Origin: Carcharhinus longimanus
Taxonomy: Eukaryota
Length of the DNA: 64,000 nucleotides
NCBI GenBank assembly: GCA_030264375.1
Contig: JASCQW010000128.1
Location: 7,579,875-7,643,874 of the forward strand
Reading direction: 5' to 3'
Made by a program: the position numbers and the translations under genes. The notes under the pieces were generated by a model, which worked only from the letters and a program-made list of their open reading frames with translations, searched no databases and had not been told where the DNA came from. This document shows positions 1 through 11,993 of this stretch, in pieces (position 1 is the first letter of the stretch; the number at the start of each line of letters is the position of its first letter).

Positions 1-79
1 ACACACATTATACAAAGCTTAAAATTTTACAACAACTTAAGCTTACAGGAAAGCTGAAATGGCAGCATTTAACATATGG

Positions 80-375
80 GTGTGGCAGGGTGACAGTGGT
101 TAGCACTGCTACCTCACAGTGCCGGGGCATGGGTTTGATTCCTAGCTTGGGTCACTGTCTGTGTGGAGTCTGCAAGTTCTGTGTGGGTTTCCTCCGGGTG
201 CTCCGGTTTCCTCCTACAGTCCAAAGATGTGCGGGTAGGTCGATTGGCCATGCTAAAAATTGCCCTTAGTGTCAGAGGGATGAGCAGAGTAAATATGAGG
301 GGATAGGGCCTGTGTGGGATTGTCGGTGCAGGCTTGATGGGCCAAATGGCCTCCTGCACTGTAGGGATTTTCTGT
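80..375 (+). mobile_element. HE1 V-SINE, CR1-type tail
   Basis: tRNA-like head (CAGTGGTTAGCACTGCT..CTCACAG, GGGTTTGATTCC B-box), V-domain GGGTTTCCTCCGGGTGCTCCGGTTTCCTCC, tail GATGGGCCAAATGGCCTCCTGCACTGTAGGGATT. Confidence 0.9.
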
Positions 376-589
376 ATGTAGCAAACTTAAATTTAATATA
401 AAGAATTTATCATTTGTGCGCCAAAATTTGAATTTTAATAAAATCATACAATGTTTCTAAGAGAGCAGGATGAGTAAAAAATACACTGATGGGCAGGGGT
501 GGGGAGGAAAAATTCTGATAACTTGATAACTGAGCCCCATTTGTCATATCTTTAAATATTTATACATCCGATTGATCCTGGAAATGGTG

Positions 590-830
590 GGCTGCCACAG
601 CGTGTTAGAACAGTACCCTCTCACCCCTGAAATATGGGATCGCGTCCATGCTAGACAGATGGGATGAAGGCTTTGTGGTCATTAGTGTGGCCTGAGTGAA
701 ATGAATTCTGACAGACTGAAATCTAAATCCAGTCTCTCGCAGACAAGAGTTTACAGTGCAGCATTTGGCTGTCAATTCAGCAAGGACCTCAAATGATAGG
801 GAAGTGTGATCAGTGGAATGTCACACTGGG
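590..830 (+). mobile_element. Ancient SINE remnant, possibly LF-SINE-related
   Basis: CCCTCTCACCCCTG and GTGGCCTGAGTGAAATGAATT resemble recalled LF-SINE segments (CCTTTCACCTCTAG; GTGGCCTATGTGAAATGAGTT); highly diverged. Confidence 0.35.
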
Positions 831-1149
831 ATCTTTTAAGGTACTCCTGGCTAAAAAGAAAATCTTAAAGCATTGAAGGGAGTCTGGCATTTGAATTTAT
901 GAGTCTAAGTTGGAAGTGCTCAGTGCTACTACCATGGGTCATTATTCAATTACCATCGTTGGCTCATTTAATGAACAAGGTGGGGGTGGGGGGGGGGGCA
1001 GAAAGAGGGTTTTAAATATCCTTTTCAACCTTCAGTATTTTCATTTTNNNNNNNNNNNNNNNNNNNNNNNNNNNNNNNNNNNNNNNNNNNNNNNNNNNNN
1101 NNNNNNNNNNNNNNNNNNNNNNNNNNNNNNNNNNNNNNNNNNNNNNNAG

Positions 1150-1300
1150 AAGTCCAACAAGTTGAAATTAGGGAGTTAAGTATTAAACGAAAAAGGACCA
1201 CAAAGGTGGTATCTCAGGATTGCTACCAGTGCCATGTGCTACTTAGAGTAGGAATGTCAGGATAGCAAAGATGAATTGGCTTGAGAGATGGTGCAAGATT
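1150..1300 (+). mobile_element. CR1 LINE ORF1 (SGNH esterase-like) fragment
   Basis: Frameshifted translation resembling RTxKVV-SGLLPVP..S..RN.RI..MN.WLERWC, typical of CR1 ORF1. Confidence 0.6.
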
Positions 1301-1884
1301 TTAAAAATGATCTAGCTGGAGAAGGTCACTGTCTAAACTCGGTGAACTCAAATGTTGAGCCCCAAAGACTGATGTGCCTAATCGGAAGATACTTGATCGA
1401 TAACCAATCCTGGTCCCCACCTGTAAGTTAAGATTGAGACAAAACAGGATGGCAATGAGATCAGAAGGAGTTAGTGACTGGTCTCAGTTTAACTGTGGCT
1501 GGCTGCCTACCCCCAATCACTGGGATCCATAGGACGCAATAAACAATTTTGTCAAAATCCATTGGTTTAGTTAGTTCTGAGTTACTGCTACGTTGATGAT
1601 AGCCGCACCTGAATCAGAAAGCCAGGGATTTCAATACAATGTGACAAGATTGGTACAGACAGTAAAGGTTTTAGCATGAATCAGAAATCTTGACATTGTA
1701 GGAAATTTAAGTTTTGTTCTCAAAGCTAATACAAATTAATAAAGAAAGCGTGAATTTGTCATTTGGGATTTCCCCTCAATGTCAATATAATTTGCATTTA
1801 TAGTCATCTTCATATTGCTACTTCATTAATCTTCAACTGAAGTACTCCTGGAGACTGGACCTGTCAAACAGTGCTTAGTAAGAG

Positions 1885-1970
1885 AACATCTTGCATTTAT
1901 ATTGCATCTTTCATGACCTCAAACCAACCCAAAGTGTTTCACAGCCAATGGCGTACTTTTGCAATGAAAG
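1885..1970 (-). mobile_element. 3' tail of Deu-domain SINE (L2-type tail)
   Basis: CTTGCATTTATATTGCATCTTTCATGACCTC..CCCAAAGTGTTTCACAGCCAATG is the reverse complement of the tail seen at 31450-31560. Confidence 0.6.
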
Positions 1971-2226
1971 CTTACAATGAAATATTTATTGCAATAGATT
2001 AAAGGCTGGCCATATATTATTATCTGCTCAGTATAGTTAATCTCTTAACAGCATTTTTGATTAATTACTGTAAGCAGCTGATTCGCAATTTTTAAACTGT
2101 GGTCAGAAAAAATCTAAATGGAATTGGCCTATTTATGAAGTAAGTAATACCTTTTTCCAATTTGCAGACTTGGGGTTTGGTTTTCTGCAGCTCAGATTGT
2201 TGAGATACAAGGGCCAAGAATAGCAT

Positions 2227-2685
2227 ATCAGAGTCCATACAGTGTAGAAGATGCCATTCGGCCCATCGAGTTTGCACCAACCACAATCCCATCCAGGCCC
2301 AGTCCCTGTAACCCTACTTATTTACCTACTAACCTCCTGATACTAAGGCAATTTACCATGGCCAATCAACCTAACACACACACACACCTTTGGACAGTGG
2401 GAGGAAACTAGAACACCAGGAGGAAACCCGTGCGGCCATAGGGAGAATGTGCAAACTCCACACACAGTTACCTGAGGCCAGCAATTGAACACAGGCCCCT
2501 GGCACTAATGGCTAATCCATCTAACTTACATATTTTGGGACACAAAGAGACAATTTACCATTGCCAATCCACCCAACCTGCACATATTTGGACTGTGGCA
2601 AGAAAGAAACCAAAGCACGCAGAGGAAACCCATGCAGACACTGGGAGCACCCGGATCCCTAGTGCCGTGAAGCAGCAGCACAGTA
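2227..2685 (-). mobile_element. HE1 V-SINE plus adjacent partial second copy
   Basis: Reverse-complement HE1 motifs (GGCCCATCGAGTTTGCACC, GAGGAAACCC, GTGCAAACTCCACAC); a second partial body at 2505-2685. Confidence 0.85.
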
Positions 2686-2949
2686 TTTATCACTTTTGGG
2701 GCAAGAATTAGCAAGTGAAGCTGCTTAGATAACCAATCGGAATGACACTAATAGCATTCTATTGAACACGGGTTCAATTCGGGTCCTGGCCGAGGTAGAC
2801 CTGAGAATTGTTTGCCTTCCACTCTCAGGGCACAGGCAAGCAATGTCAAACCCTCAGGATGAAGCACCAACGGACAGAGAGCCAAGAACATGTCTTAGTG
2901 GTCAGAGCACAATTGGCGCGTTACCAGGTATAACCTGAATCATTGTAAC

Positions 2950-3048
2950 ATTAACCGAGCCTACAATCAAATCAGCCATGATCTTATTGAATGACAGAGC
3001 AGGCTCGAGGGGCTGAATGGCCCACTCACGATCCTAATTCCTATGTTA
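2950..3048 (+). mobile_element. CR1 LINE 3' end
   Basis: ATCAGCCATGATCTTATTGAATG..GCAGGCTCGAGGGGCTGAATGGCC..CCTAATTCCTATGTT, same terminus as 16190-16280. Confidence 0.8.
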
Positions 3049-3689
3049 ACACATTCCTTCTATCCTCTTAACCATAATTTGAAAATCAATATCCTTATGC
3101 GTCTGCACTTCCAGACTCATGCAGGCTTTTGCCGTTTCAATAAGTTTGTCCTCAATCCACATCGTAAATTCAGACTCTCTTCCAGATTGTGACACAGATG
3201 TATTACTATTACATAACAGCTCTTCACCAGTATCTAAAGGATCAGTACAAGTACTGGAAAGCAAATAACAACCCTCTTCATGCCATTATCAACACAAAGC
3301 AATGGGATTCCGAGCCCCATAAGAAATAGTGCAATGTCAATAAACCTAGATAATTTTATTGAAGTGATGCATATCAATGAGGGACCTGGGCTATTTACAG
3401 ATGATTTCCTTCAGCTAATTGCTTCTCATTTTTTATGGATGTTTAGCTAATGTACGGGTCAGATATAGGGTAAAATTACATTTTCACATTGTAGTGGAGC
3501 TCGCCTCACTCTGGCTGGTTGCATTTTCAGTCTGTAAAGGCCACCAGAGAACCGTAGAAAACTTATGGCACAGAAAGAGGCCATTTGCCACATCTTGCCT
3601 GCACCAGCCAGGGGAAAAACTAGCCGCCCATTCTAATCTCAGCTTCCAGCACCCGATCAATAGCCTTGCCGGTTACAGCATATTAGAGC

Positions 3690-3870
3690 ATAGAACACAG
3701 TGCAGAAACAGGCCCTTCGGCCCATCAAGTCTGCACCAACCACAATCCCACCAAGATCCTATCCCCGTATCCCTACACATTTACCCGCTAATCCCTCTAA
3801 CCTACACATCTCAGGACACTAAGGGGCAATTTTAGCATGGCCAATCAACCTAACGCGCACATCTTTGGAC
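3690..3870 (-). mobile_element. HE1 V-SINE, 3' half
   Basis: GGCCCATCAAGTCTGCACCAACCACAATCCC..CTAAGGGGCAATTTTAGCATGGCCAATCAACCTAAC..CATCTTTGGACT. Confidence 0.85.
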
Positions 3871-4534
3871 TTCACTTTTGTTTTAATGTCAAAATATCGA
3901 ACAGCTTGTACGGCCTGTGAAAACTGGGCGGGGAGAGGGTGGTGTTTGGGGTGTGGGAGGGTCTGACGATATCAATTCCCGTGCTAATCGGGATAAAGAG
4001 GTTCCTTCTCTGAGACATCTGCAAATCAAAGAAAAAACCTCAAGTGTTTTCTATAAATCCCCTACTAGTTCTGGGTCCAAAACTATCGACTGCACTACTC
4101 TTTCTTTGTGCAACAGATGAGGTTTGTCTGCTAATTGTAAATCAACTGTGATTAAGTATATGCAAGTGGAAGCCATCAATTATATTGTTACTTGAGTACA
4201 TATAATGTGAGACTGACACTGTGATGCAGTTGAGTTGGAGGCATTTACTTGTAATGTCTCACTTTAAACTGAGTAAAGGTTTCCTCCAGTTCTGTTCGTC
4301 GTGAACTGACTTTCAGAAGTATAACAGTCTTCAGATTCTCTGACAGATGCAGTGACTATTGTGTGCCATCTGCTACAAGTCCAACTAAAGACCTCTCTAG
4401 CTTTTCACGTTGCTGTGAAGGTCACAACAGGTTTAGGCTCTAGAATCCTTCCTAACTATCACAAGATAAATCTGTCAGATAAGCCAGTGTGAAGTTCATT
4501 CTGCATTAAAGAATTACCAAGGACATCATTGTAT

Positions 4535-4853
4535 GACAGAATTTCTCCGGGGCAGAAGGAGACCATTTGGCCCATCGAGTCTGCACTGACTCTTAGCTAG
4601 GCTTACCCCGTAACCCCACTAATATCCCTAACCTGCACATCTTGGGACCCCAAGGGGTAATTTAGCATGGCCAATCTACCAAACCTACACACCTTCCGGA
4701 CTGTGGGAGAAAACCGGAGCACTCAGAGAACCCGCGCAAACATGGGGAGAATGTGCAAACTCTGCACAGGCAGTCACCAAAGACCGGAATTGAACCTATG
4801 TCCCTGGAGCTGTGAGGCAGCAGTGCTAACCACTGTGCCACCATACCACCCAC
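4535..4853 (-). mobile_element. HE1 V-SINE, CR1-type tail
   Basis: Full-length reverse copy ending GCTGTGAGGCAGCAGTGCTAACCACTGTGCCACC. Confidence 0.9.
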
Positions 4854-5041
4854 GCCTTGAAGCTAAAGAAACAACATTTTAGTGGAATGATGTCCAGAAC
4901 GGGAGAGGACACGAACCTTTACCAACTGACAGCAATCCACATAAACATCAAGACTTTTCATCATAACTTGATGCATGATCAGAAAGGATTTCCACTCCAT
5001 TAATAAAGAGGCGATTTCTGATGCAATTCTTTTTGATATCA

Positions 5042-5180
5042 AGGCTGCAATCCTTCAGCCTCGCACGCCCTGTTCCTGCTGCCGGTGATAACGGAGAATT
5101 TGGCACTTAGCCAAATCTCTCTTCACTGCAGTGGAACCAGATAATCCCAGCCACGGGTGAAGTCGATAAGTTCAGGCGAG
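5042..5180. mobile_element. MITE, related to 40911-41048
   Basis: Shares internal palindrome GGAGAATTTGGCACTTAGCCAAATCTC with the TIR-bounded copy at 40911 (opposite orientation). Confidence 0.55.
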
Positions 5181-5204
5181 ATAGTACGGTCAATCTTCGA
5201 TCAC

Positions 5205-5930
5205 CCGGTAACACTCTTGCCTTTCAAATAGAATATTGCGATCCAAGAATCACTTCAAAGACAAAATCTAGATCTGCACTTCAATGCAATACTGAGGGAG
5301 TGCTGCACTATCAGAGGTGCTTTTTCAGAGGAGATATCAAACCAAAGCCAAAGGCTGTCCCTGTCCCCTGGCACGGTGTGTCGATAGCAAAGGAGTTCTC
5401 CCCACTGTCCTCGGTTAATTGCTTGATAAACATTATACTCACGTATCTTAGTCGACCCTGATCGTTTGGCAGCAAGGTGGCACAGCGATTAGCACTGCTG
5501 CCTCACAGGTCTAAGCAGCTAAGTTAGATTCTCAGCTTGAGTCACTGTCTGTGCAAAGTCTGCACATTCTCCCCCTGTCTGTGTGGGTTTCCTCCCACAT
5601 CCAAAAGACATGTTGGTTAGATGCATTGGCCATGCTAAATTCTCCCTCAGTGTACCCAAACAGGCGCCAGAGTGTGGCAACTTGGGGATTTTCACAGTAA
5701 CTTCATTGCAGTATTAATGTAAGCCCACTTGTGACAACTAAGTAAAATAAATAAACTTTCAGCAGGCATCTAAAACAAATGATAATCATCTATTTGTGTG
5801 GGGCTTTCTGTCTGCAAACTGCTTATATTTCTTACATTACAATAATGATGGCACTTCCAAAGCTTTTTATTGCTTGTATAGTGGTTTGGGAGGTTTTGGG
5901 GCCTTGAAAGGTACTATGCAAATATAACTG
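5205..5930 (+). mobile_element. Deu-domain SINE (SacSINE1-like) interrupted by an HE1 insertion
   Basis: TACTGAGGGAGTGCTGCACTATCAGAGGTGC and GGAGTTCTCCCC match recalled Deu-SINE body; L2-type tail TACATTACAA..CACTTCCAAAG..TGAAAGGTACTAT resumes after 5760. Confidence 0.7.
5467..5760 (+). mobile_element. HE1 V-SINE, alternative (Rex1/Babar-like) tail
   Basis: HE1 head and V-domain followed by CTCCCTCAGTGTACCC..GGGGATTTTCACAGTAACTTCATTGCAG..CTTGTGACA..AATAAATAAAC. Confidence 0.9.
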
Positions 5931-7103
5931 TCCAGGAAGCATTCACAATGCTATCTCCTTCAGCAGTCCACAAGACTGGCAATGTTTGAAGGTGGTGGCA
6001 GCTATTTAGATAGTGTCATAATTGTAGACTCCTCTGACCACAAGTGAATTGAAACACTTCCGGGAAGTCAAAGAAAGTTTCAACATTTTATTTGAACGAC
6101 GCAAACCTGACCTTATTCATCTTCTATGTGTACAATTCCTGTAAGTGGTTGTGTAAGCTGAGCTCAATCTAGTGCTTATCTTTGATCAGTGAGAAAGTGC
6201 TCCTCAAATGGAAGAAGCAACTACAGTGGTAGAAAGCGACGGGGTACTTTGAGATGCTTAGATGAGTTATGACCATCACATCCGAGTGTGGTGGATTCAG
6301 TTGGCTCTGAAGGTGGACTGTAATGCCCTTTCCCTGCTGGGTTTAGTAGCAGGGGAGATGGTGGTTAATTGGGGTGGGAGACCGGCAAGGGGAGACCCAT
6401 TTAAGTCGATGTCAGGAAGGCTCATTGATGGCCTTACAGTCTCATCACCAATTAAGACCCTTAGGTGGGCAATTCATGCCCTCTTAAGGGCCTCACCCCA
6501 CCGCAGCTGGTATTGACTCAGCATTGGGCAGAAAGCTGAAATGCAAACTCTTTCAGGGTGTTAGCTTTGCACAATCAACACTTGAATTCAACATCCATTT
6601 GGAAAAGCAAATGAGGTTTCTCCCTCAGAGAGGAAACAAAGTTCACATAATTCTGGCTTGTACCTTTCAGTGATATTTGGGAATTTCTACTAATGTGCAT
6701 GTGTGTCCACGTGCATCACTGAATCCCTGAGAACATTAAATAATTGGTTTTAAAATTTGTTTCAGTCTACAAAATATAAAATATTGAAGTCTGGCAGGCC
6801 CCTAGCTATTTATAAAGTACTTGAAAGTGTGAAAGACTTCAAGTTCCAACAGATGAATTTGTATTTGAGTAGCGAAGTGGCAGATACAGACAGCTACTAT
6901 TGATAGGATGCCACAACAGAGGCAGCAATTGAGTGAAGTTACATATCTCTGCAGTGGAGAGTTGATAGTGTGGAAAGCATGTACTTTATATACCTAAGGG
7001 TGAAGAGATATAATGGATGTTAGACTCACGGGGAGCAATCTTATCAGCCACATGAAGGCACTTTTGAAGGCAATACCTTCGGAAAGATGAGCATCGCACT
7101 GGC

Positions 7104-7312
7104 TCATTACATGATCATGGTTAAAAAGTCTGACAACACCAGGTTTGAGTCCAACCGATTTATTTGATAGTAAACTCATGTCACACTACTGTGACATTGT
7201 GAGAGTTTACTATCAAATAAATCGGTTAGACTTAAACCTGGTGTTGTCAGGTTTTTTACTCTGTTTACCCAGTCCAACACCGGCATATCCACATCATCAT
7301 TACATGATCATG
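7104..7312 (+). mobile_element. Penelope-like terminal-repeat fragment (family A) with 5' inverted copy and 16-bp TSD
   Basis: Direct repeat TCATTACATGATCATG at 7104-7119 and 7297-7312; inverted arms 7122-7185 and 7190-7258; 3' end CCAGTCCAACACCGGCATATCCACATCA. Confidence 0.8.
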
Positions 7313-7317
7313 CCCAG

Positions 7318-7612
7318 TGGGGAGGCATGGTGGCGTAGTGGTGAGCGCTGCTGTTTCACAGCACTAGGGACCCATGTTCAATTCCAGCCTTAGGCCACTG
7401 TCTGTGGAGTTTGCATTTCTCCTTAAGTCTGCATGGGTTTCCTCCGAGTGCACCGGTTTCCTCCCACAGTCCAAACGATGTGAAGGTTAGGTGGATTGGT
7501 CAGGTTAAATTGTCCTTTAGTATCCTAAGATGTGTAGGTTAGGGAAATTAGCAAGGTAAATATGTGGGGTTACGGAGATAGGACCTGGGTAAGGTACTCT
7601 GTCAAAGACTAT
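7318..7612 (+). mobile_element. HE1 V-SINE, 3' end truncated
   Basis: GGCATGGTGGCGTAGTGGT head, CCGGTTTCCTCCCACAGTCCAAA V-domain. Confidence 0.85.
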
Positions 7613-7614
7613 GG

Positions 7615-7805
7615 ACTGCCTCTTTATCATTTCCCCTGGTTTCTGTGGCTATGACTCATCTTTCGTTCTCTCACCCTGCAGTATAAATATTTCTCACTTT
7701 CTATACCTTTTTAGCTTTGACAAAGGGTTATCTGGACTTGAAACATCAGCTCTTACAGATGCTGCCAGGCCTGCTGAGATTTTCCAGCATTTTCTCTTTT
7801 TGCTC
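7615..7805 (+). mobile_element. Penelope-like terminal repeat (family B) with degenerate hammerhead
   Basis: AGCT-TTGACAA-AGGGTTATCTGGACTT-GAAA-CA-TC-AGCT at 7713-7751, followed by ACAGATGCTGCCAGGCCTGCTGAGATTTTCCAGCATTTT shared with 16488, 26620 and 56893. Confidence 0.65.
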
Positions 7806-8229
7806 CCCACAGCGAACTCCCCGGGGCATGGCCAGCGAGGAACACATTGACTTTGGTCAGACTGGCACCAATGGTGACCCATCTCTGCCAGCAGAAAACC
7901 TGCCGGGGGAGGGGGGGGGCGGTGTGGTTTGGGCAGCGGGGGCGTTGAAAATCCCTGGCATAGCTCTATTCTCTGAGGAGATAGGAATGTCCCTGAGGAA
8001 AGCCAGTGCAGCCAGGGTTCGGCTCTTTCCTTCTGCTTCGATCACTTCTCCACAGGAGAGTTTAATTCCATTACACTGTGTTGAATGAAGCATCACCACA
8101 TGGCACTGTTTCCAGAAAGTTCCTCCCAAGCACCAATGTCAATTTGTGGTCTCTTCACTTCCATCGGAATGTCCTTAAAATGTTTTCTCTGTCGTCCTTG
8201 AGACTGCCATCCTTCAGCTTTGAAAAGAG

Positions 8230-8341
8230 GGTTTGGTTTGATTTATTATTGTCACATGTATTAACATACAGTGAAAAATATTGTTTCTTGCGCGCTATGC
8301 AGACAAAGCATACTCTTCATAGGAAACGAGAGAGTGCAGAA
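8230..8341 (-). mobile_element. Rex1/Babar LINE 3' UTR
   Basis: TTTGATTTATTATTGTCACATGTATT..GTGAAAAATATTGTTTCTTG, same as the coding-linked copy at 61325; runs into an N gap. Confidence 0.8.
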
Positions 8342-8441
8342 NNNNNNNNNNNNNNNNNNNNNNNNNNNNNNNNNNNNNNNNNNNNNNNNNNNNNNNNNNN
8401 NNNNNNNNNNNNNNNNNNNNNNNNNNNNNNNNNNNNNNNNN

Positions 8442-8500
8442 GTGATTCCAAATAAACTTATTGGACTTTAACTTGGTATTGTGAGACTGCTTATTGTTTC
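8442..8500 (+). mobile_element. Penelope-like family A fragment
   Basis: CCAAATAAACTTATTGGACTTTAACTTGGTATTGTGAGAC matches 45806-45850. Confidence 0.65.
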
Positions 8501-9649
8501 CTTCACACGGACTGCACTATGTTGTCAACAACACAACTGCAAAACCAATGAAATGCAAAGAAACCAAAACGCTGGAGAATTATTTTTCATTTTGTATTGT
8601 CAATTCCTAATTAATTCACAAAAAAATGGATTTGCTTCTTCTTGAAAGTTTGTTTCCATGTAATTATATTCTGCTATCGTGGCAGTTATAAACACATATT
8701 TGCTCTGCAATGTACAGCTTCAGTCTCCTGAGCCTGTCTGTTTGCAGCTCACATTAGAATGATTAATTGGGCTTTGAAACTCAGATCTTCAGCAGGTTTC
8801 TTGATGATTTTCTGATGGCAATTTCTCTCCATCTGCAGGTTTCTCCTAGTGTGGGGAGGATGAGGGCTCCTTGCAAGGATAGGGCCATTATATCTAGAGT
8901 GTCTCCGGCGTCAGGGTTATTTTTACGAAATTTGAAGGCAGAAGCTATGAAGCAACACGTTTACTGTACAATCCGTGAGGGAGCAGATTACTCTTTTTTT
9001 CCTACAAGACAAAGTGACTGTCTAGTTATGCAGCAAGCTGATCTCACCTCACTTTTTTCGCCCTGAGGTATAATTTCAACTTTAACCTAAAGAAACATCT
9101 TTTATTAATTATCATTTCCAATAATAGTTCTTAAGAGTAGTAAGTATTAACAAGCTGATGGTAATTTACTTTTCAAGCTCACATTAGCTCAGGTTTCAGC
9201 CTCCCTTTTGTGGGCCACGCCTGCAACATGTATTATTCAAAAGTAGCATCAGTTTGGAGCAAGGAGTTCCTAGAATGCTGGGTTTCTCTCCATTCCCCCT
9301 TTCCAGAAGGTACCTGGGCTCCACATATCATGCTACCCACTCTCCTTGGTGTACACCTAAGCTTGTTCAACCTGGAAAGGAGAGAAGCTGATGTTTGTTA
9401 TGTCTCTGCCCATTGAACCCATTCTTCAGTTTCTTTGGCACTGTAATATAGTACTAGCTTCGACAGATGGACAGCGCCACTCCTGTGCCAATCTTCCCAC
9501 AAGGGAAATGCTGAATAAATATTTGTAAAATGAAAGGCATTGTAAATTGGAGCGCTTCGAATGTTGTTATTGCTTTTAATTTGATATACGAAGTGAGAAG
9601 TTGTACGTTGTTCAGGTGACTCTTTACTATCAGGCATATGGGCATATCA

Positions 9650-10255
9650 GGTGGCATGGTGGCACACAGTGGTTAGCACAGCTGCTTCACAGTGCCACGG
9701 ACTCAGGTTTGATTCTGGCCTTGGGTCTAGTTTAACGGCATGGGAGAGGTGGGGAGAGAGAGCAGAGGGAGAAGTGGAAAGAAATGCTCGTGAGGGAATA
9801 TAACTCAAATAATGAAATGTGCAGTAAGGATAATAGACTAAAAAATAATTTCTGAATTTTCATACATTTTTATTTTAAGGCTTTAATCATTATAAAATCA
9901 TACAACATACCTCTACAGATCTTGAGAGGTAGATCACATTGAAAGAAGTGGCTAGTGAGCTAGTGGTTGGTTAGTACTGCTGCCTCACAGCTCCAGGGAG
10001 CTGGGGTTCAATACTGGCCTTGGGTCACTGTCTGTGTGGAGTTTGCACATTCTCCCCTTGCCTGCGTGGGTTTCCCCTGGGTGCTCCAGTTTCCTCCCAC
10101 AGTCAAAAGATGTGAGGGTTAGTTAGGCCATGCTAAATTGCCCCTTAGCACCGGGAGATTAGCTGGGTAAATACGTAGGGTTACGGAGATAGGACCTGGG
10201 TGGGATTGCTGCTGGTGTAGACTCGATGGGCCGAATGGCCTACTTGTGCACTATA
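9650..10255 (+). mobile_element. HE1 V-SINE split by a ~290-bp segment duplicated at 14703-15060
   Basis: HE1 head 9650-9727 stops at TTGGGTC, foreign sequence follows, and a second head plus full body runs 9965-10255. Confidence 0.8.
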
Positions 10256-10256
10256 T

Positions 10257-11020
10257 TAGAACATAGAACAATACAGCACAGTACAGACCCTTCTGCCATC
10301 GATGTTGTGCTGAGCTATGTCCGAACCCAAGATCAAACTATCCCACTCCCTTTCATTTTGCTGCGCTCCATGTGCCTATCCAATAGCTTGAAGGTTCCTA
10401 AAGTGTTCGATGAGTCTATCACAGCAGGCAGTGCATTCCACACCCCAACCACTCTGAGTAAAGAATCTACCTCGGACATCCCTCCTATATCTCCCACCAN
10501 NNNNNNNNNNNNNNNNNNNNNNNNNNNNNNNNNNNNNNNNNNNNNNNNNNNNNNNNNNNNNNNNNNNNNNNNNNNNNNNNNNNNNNNNNNNNNNNNNNNN
10601 NNNNNNNNNNNNNNNNNNNNNNNNNNNNNNNNNNNNNNNNNNNNNNNNNNNNNNNNNNNNNNNNNNNNNNNNNNNNNNNNNNNNNNNNNNNNNNNNNNNN
10701 NNNNNNNNNNNNNNNNNNNNNNNNNNNNNNNNNNNNNNNNNNNNNNNNNNNNNNNNNNNNNNNNNNNNNNNNNNNNNNNNNNNNNNNNNNNNNNNNNNNN
10801 NNNNNNNNNNNNNNNNNNNNNNNNNNNNNNNNNNNNNNNNNNNNNNNNNNNNNNNNNNNNNNNNNNNNNNNNNNNNNNNNNNNNNNTGAGTGGCAACCTT
10901 CAGAGATCTGTGGATATGAACCTCAAGATCTCTCTGTTCCTCCACATTCCTCAGAACCCTGCCATTGATCCTGTAATCCATATTCAAGTTTGTCCTACCA
11001 AAATGAATCACCTCACACTA
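10257..11020 (-). mobile_element. CR1 LINE ORF2 C-terminus and 3' end (gapped)
   Basis: Minus-strand peptides IHFGRTN..YRINGRVLRNVEEQRDL and RVVGVWNALP..FKLLDRHM; TAGAACATAGAAC tail. Confidence 0.9.
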
Positions 11021-11993
11021 ATATGAATTTTATGATTATAATTTTTTGTCTTACAGTGAATGATAATGATCATGAACTGTTTCCCCCTTTGCTTGGAGAT
11101 CATCAAGTTAAAATGATGTAGTGGTCTGTTTTACCACAAAATAACCAGTGTAAAGACTGGCTAATCACAGATTTCATAGATTAGGGAAAAAACATCGCCG
11201 GTTGTGTTGTTCGGAAGGGTTCAAATCCACGAAGGCCTTTCAACTCCATGAACAATGTAACCATTTCCCTCATTGGGCTGTGTCTAAATGAGTTCCAGAC
11301 AAAACACTGTGCAGATAATGCCTGCTCAATTAGAGGATTTTAGAGATCAAACCAAGAGGGAAAAAAAGGTCTCTTCACATAAGAGACAAAACTGACTCTC
11401 TTCCCTGCTCACACAGAACTCTTCCTCTCCCGACCCACAAGCGGCTGGCTTTGAAGGGGGAGGATAGGCGCACCCAAAGCACATTTCTATAAAGGATTGC
11501 TTTTGTTTACAAGGACCGATCCAGGAGACTGGTTAATATAACAGTCTACATCTGGTTGATTACTGATAGAATCATTATACATTGCAGGGTTAGTCGCATG
11601 TAAAGCTTTTAATACTCTGACTGTAGTTAAACGATTTTCCATATCATTGTCTGATGATTAATATCAGACTTCCCCGAAAAAAAAATGCAGCCATTTAGTT
11701 TGTGTTTTTAGGAGATGGGTTTTGACAGGAGCTGCCAGCGGAAAGCACCTGATGATTTTCTATAGGTCAGATGTTATCTATTTCTCTCTTTCTCTTTTCC
11801 TCAAAGGTTGGAAAATTAGGCCTGGAGCAAGTCTTTGAGTTAATATGTATCTTGTTTCCCTGAGGACTGGAAAATTGTATGAGTCATAACTCACTTCCCG
11901 TCAGAGTCCCTTTGACTTGTAAAGCAGTCTATGATGCACCACTGGTAGTGGCAATTTGATTTGATTTTCCACACTATTTCTTCCAATTGATTT

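Noticed and set aside
9469-9478. GGACAGCGCC, the right half of a REST/RE1 site
   Set aside because: The left half-site TTCAGCACC is not matched at canonical spacing.
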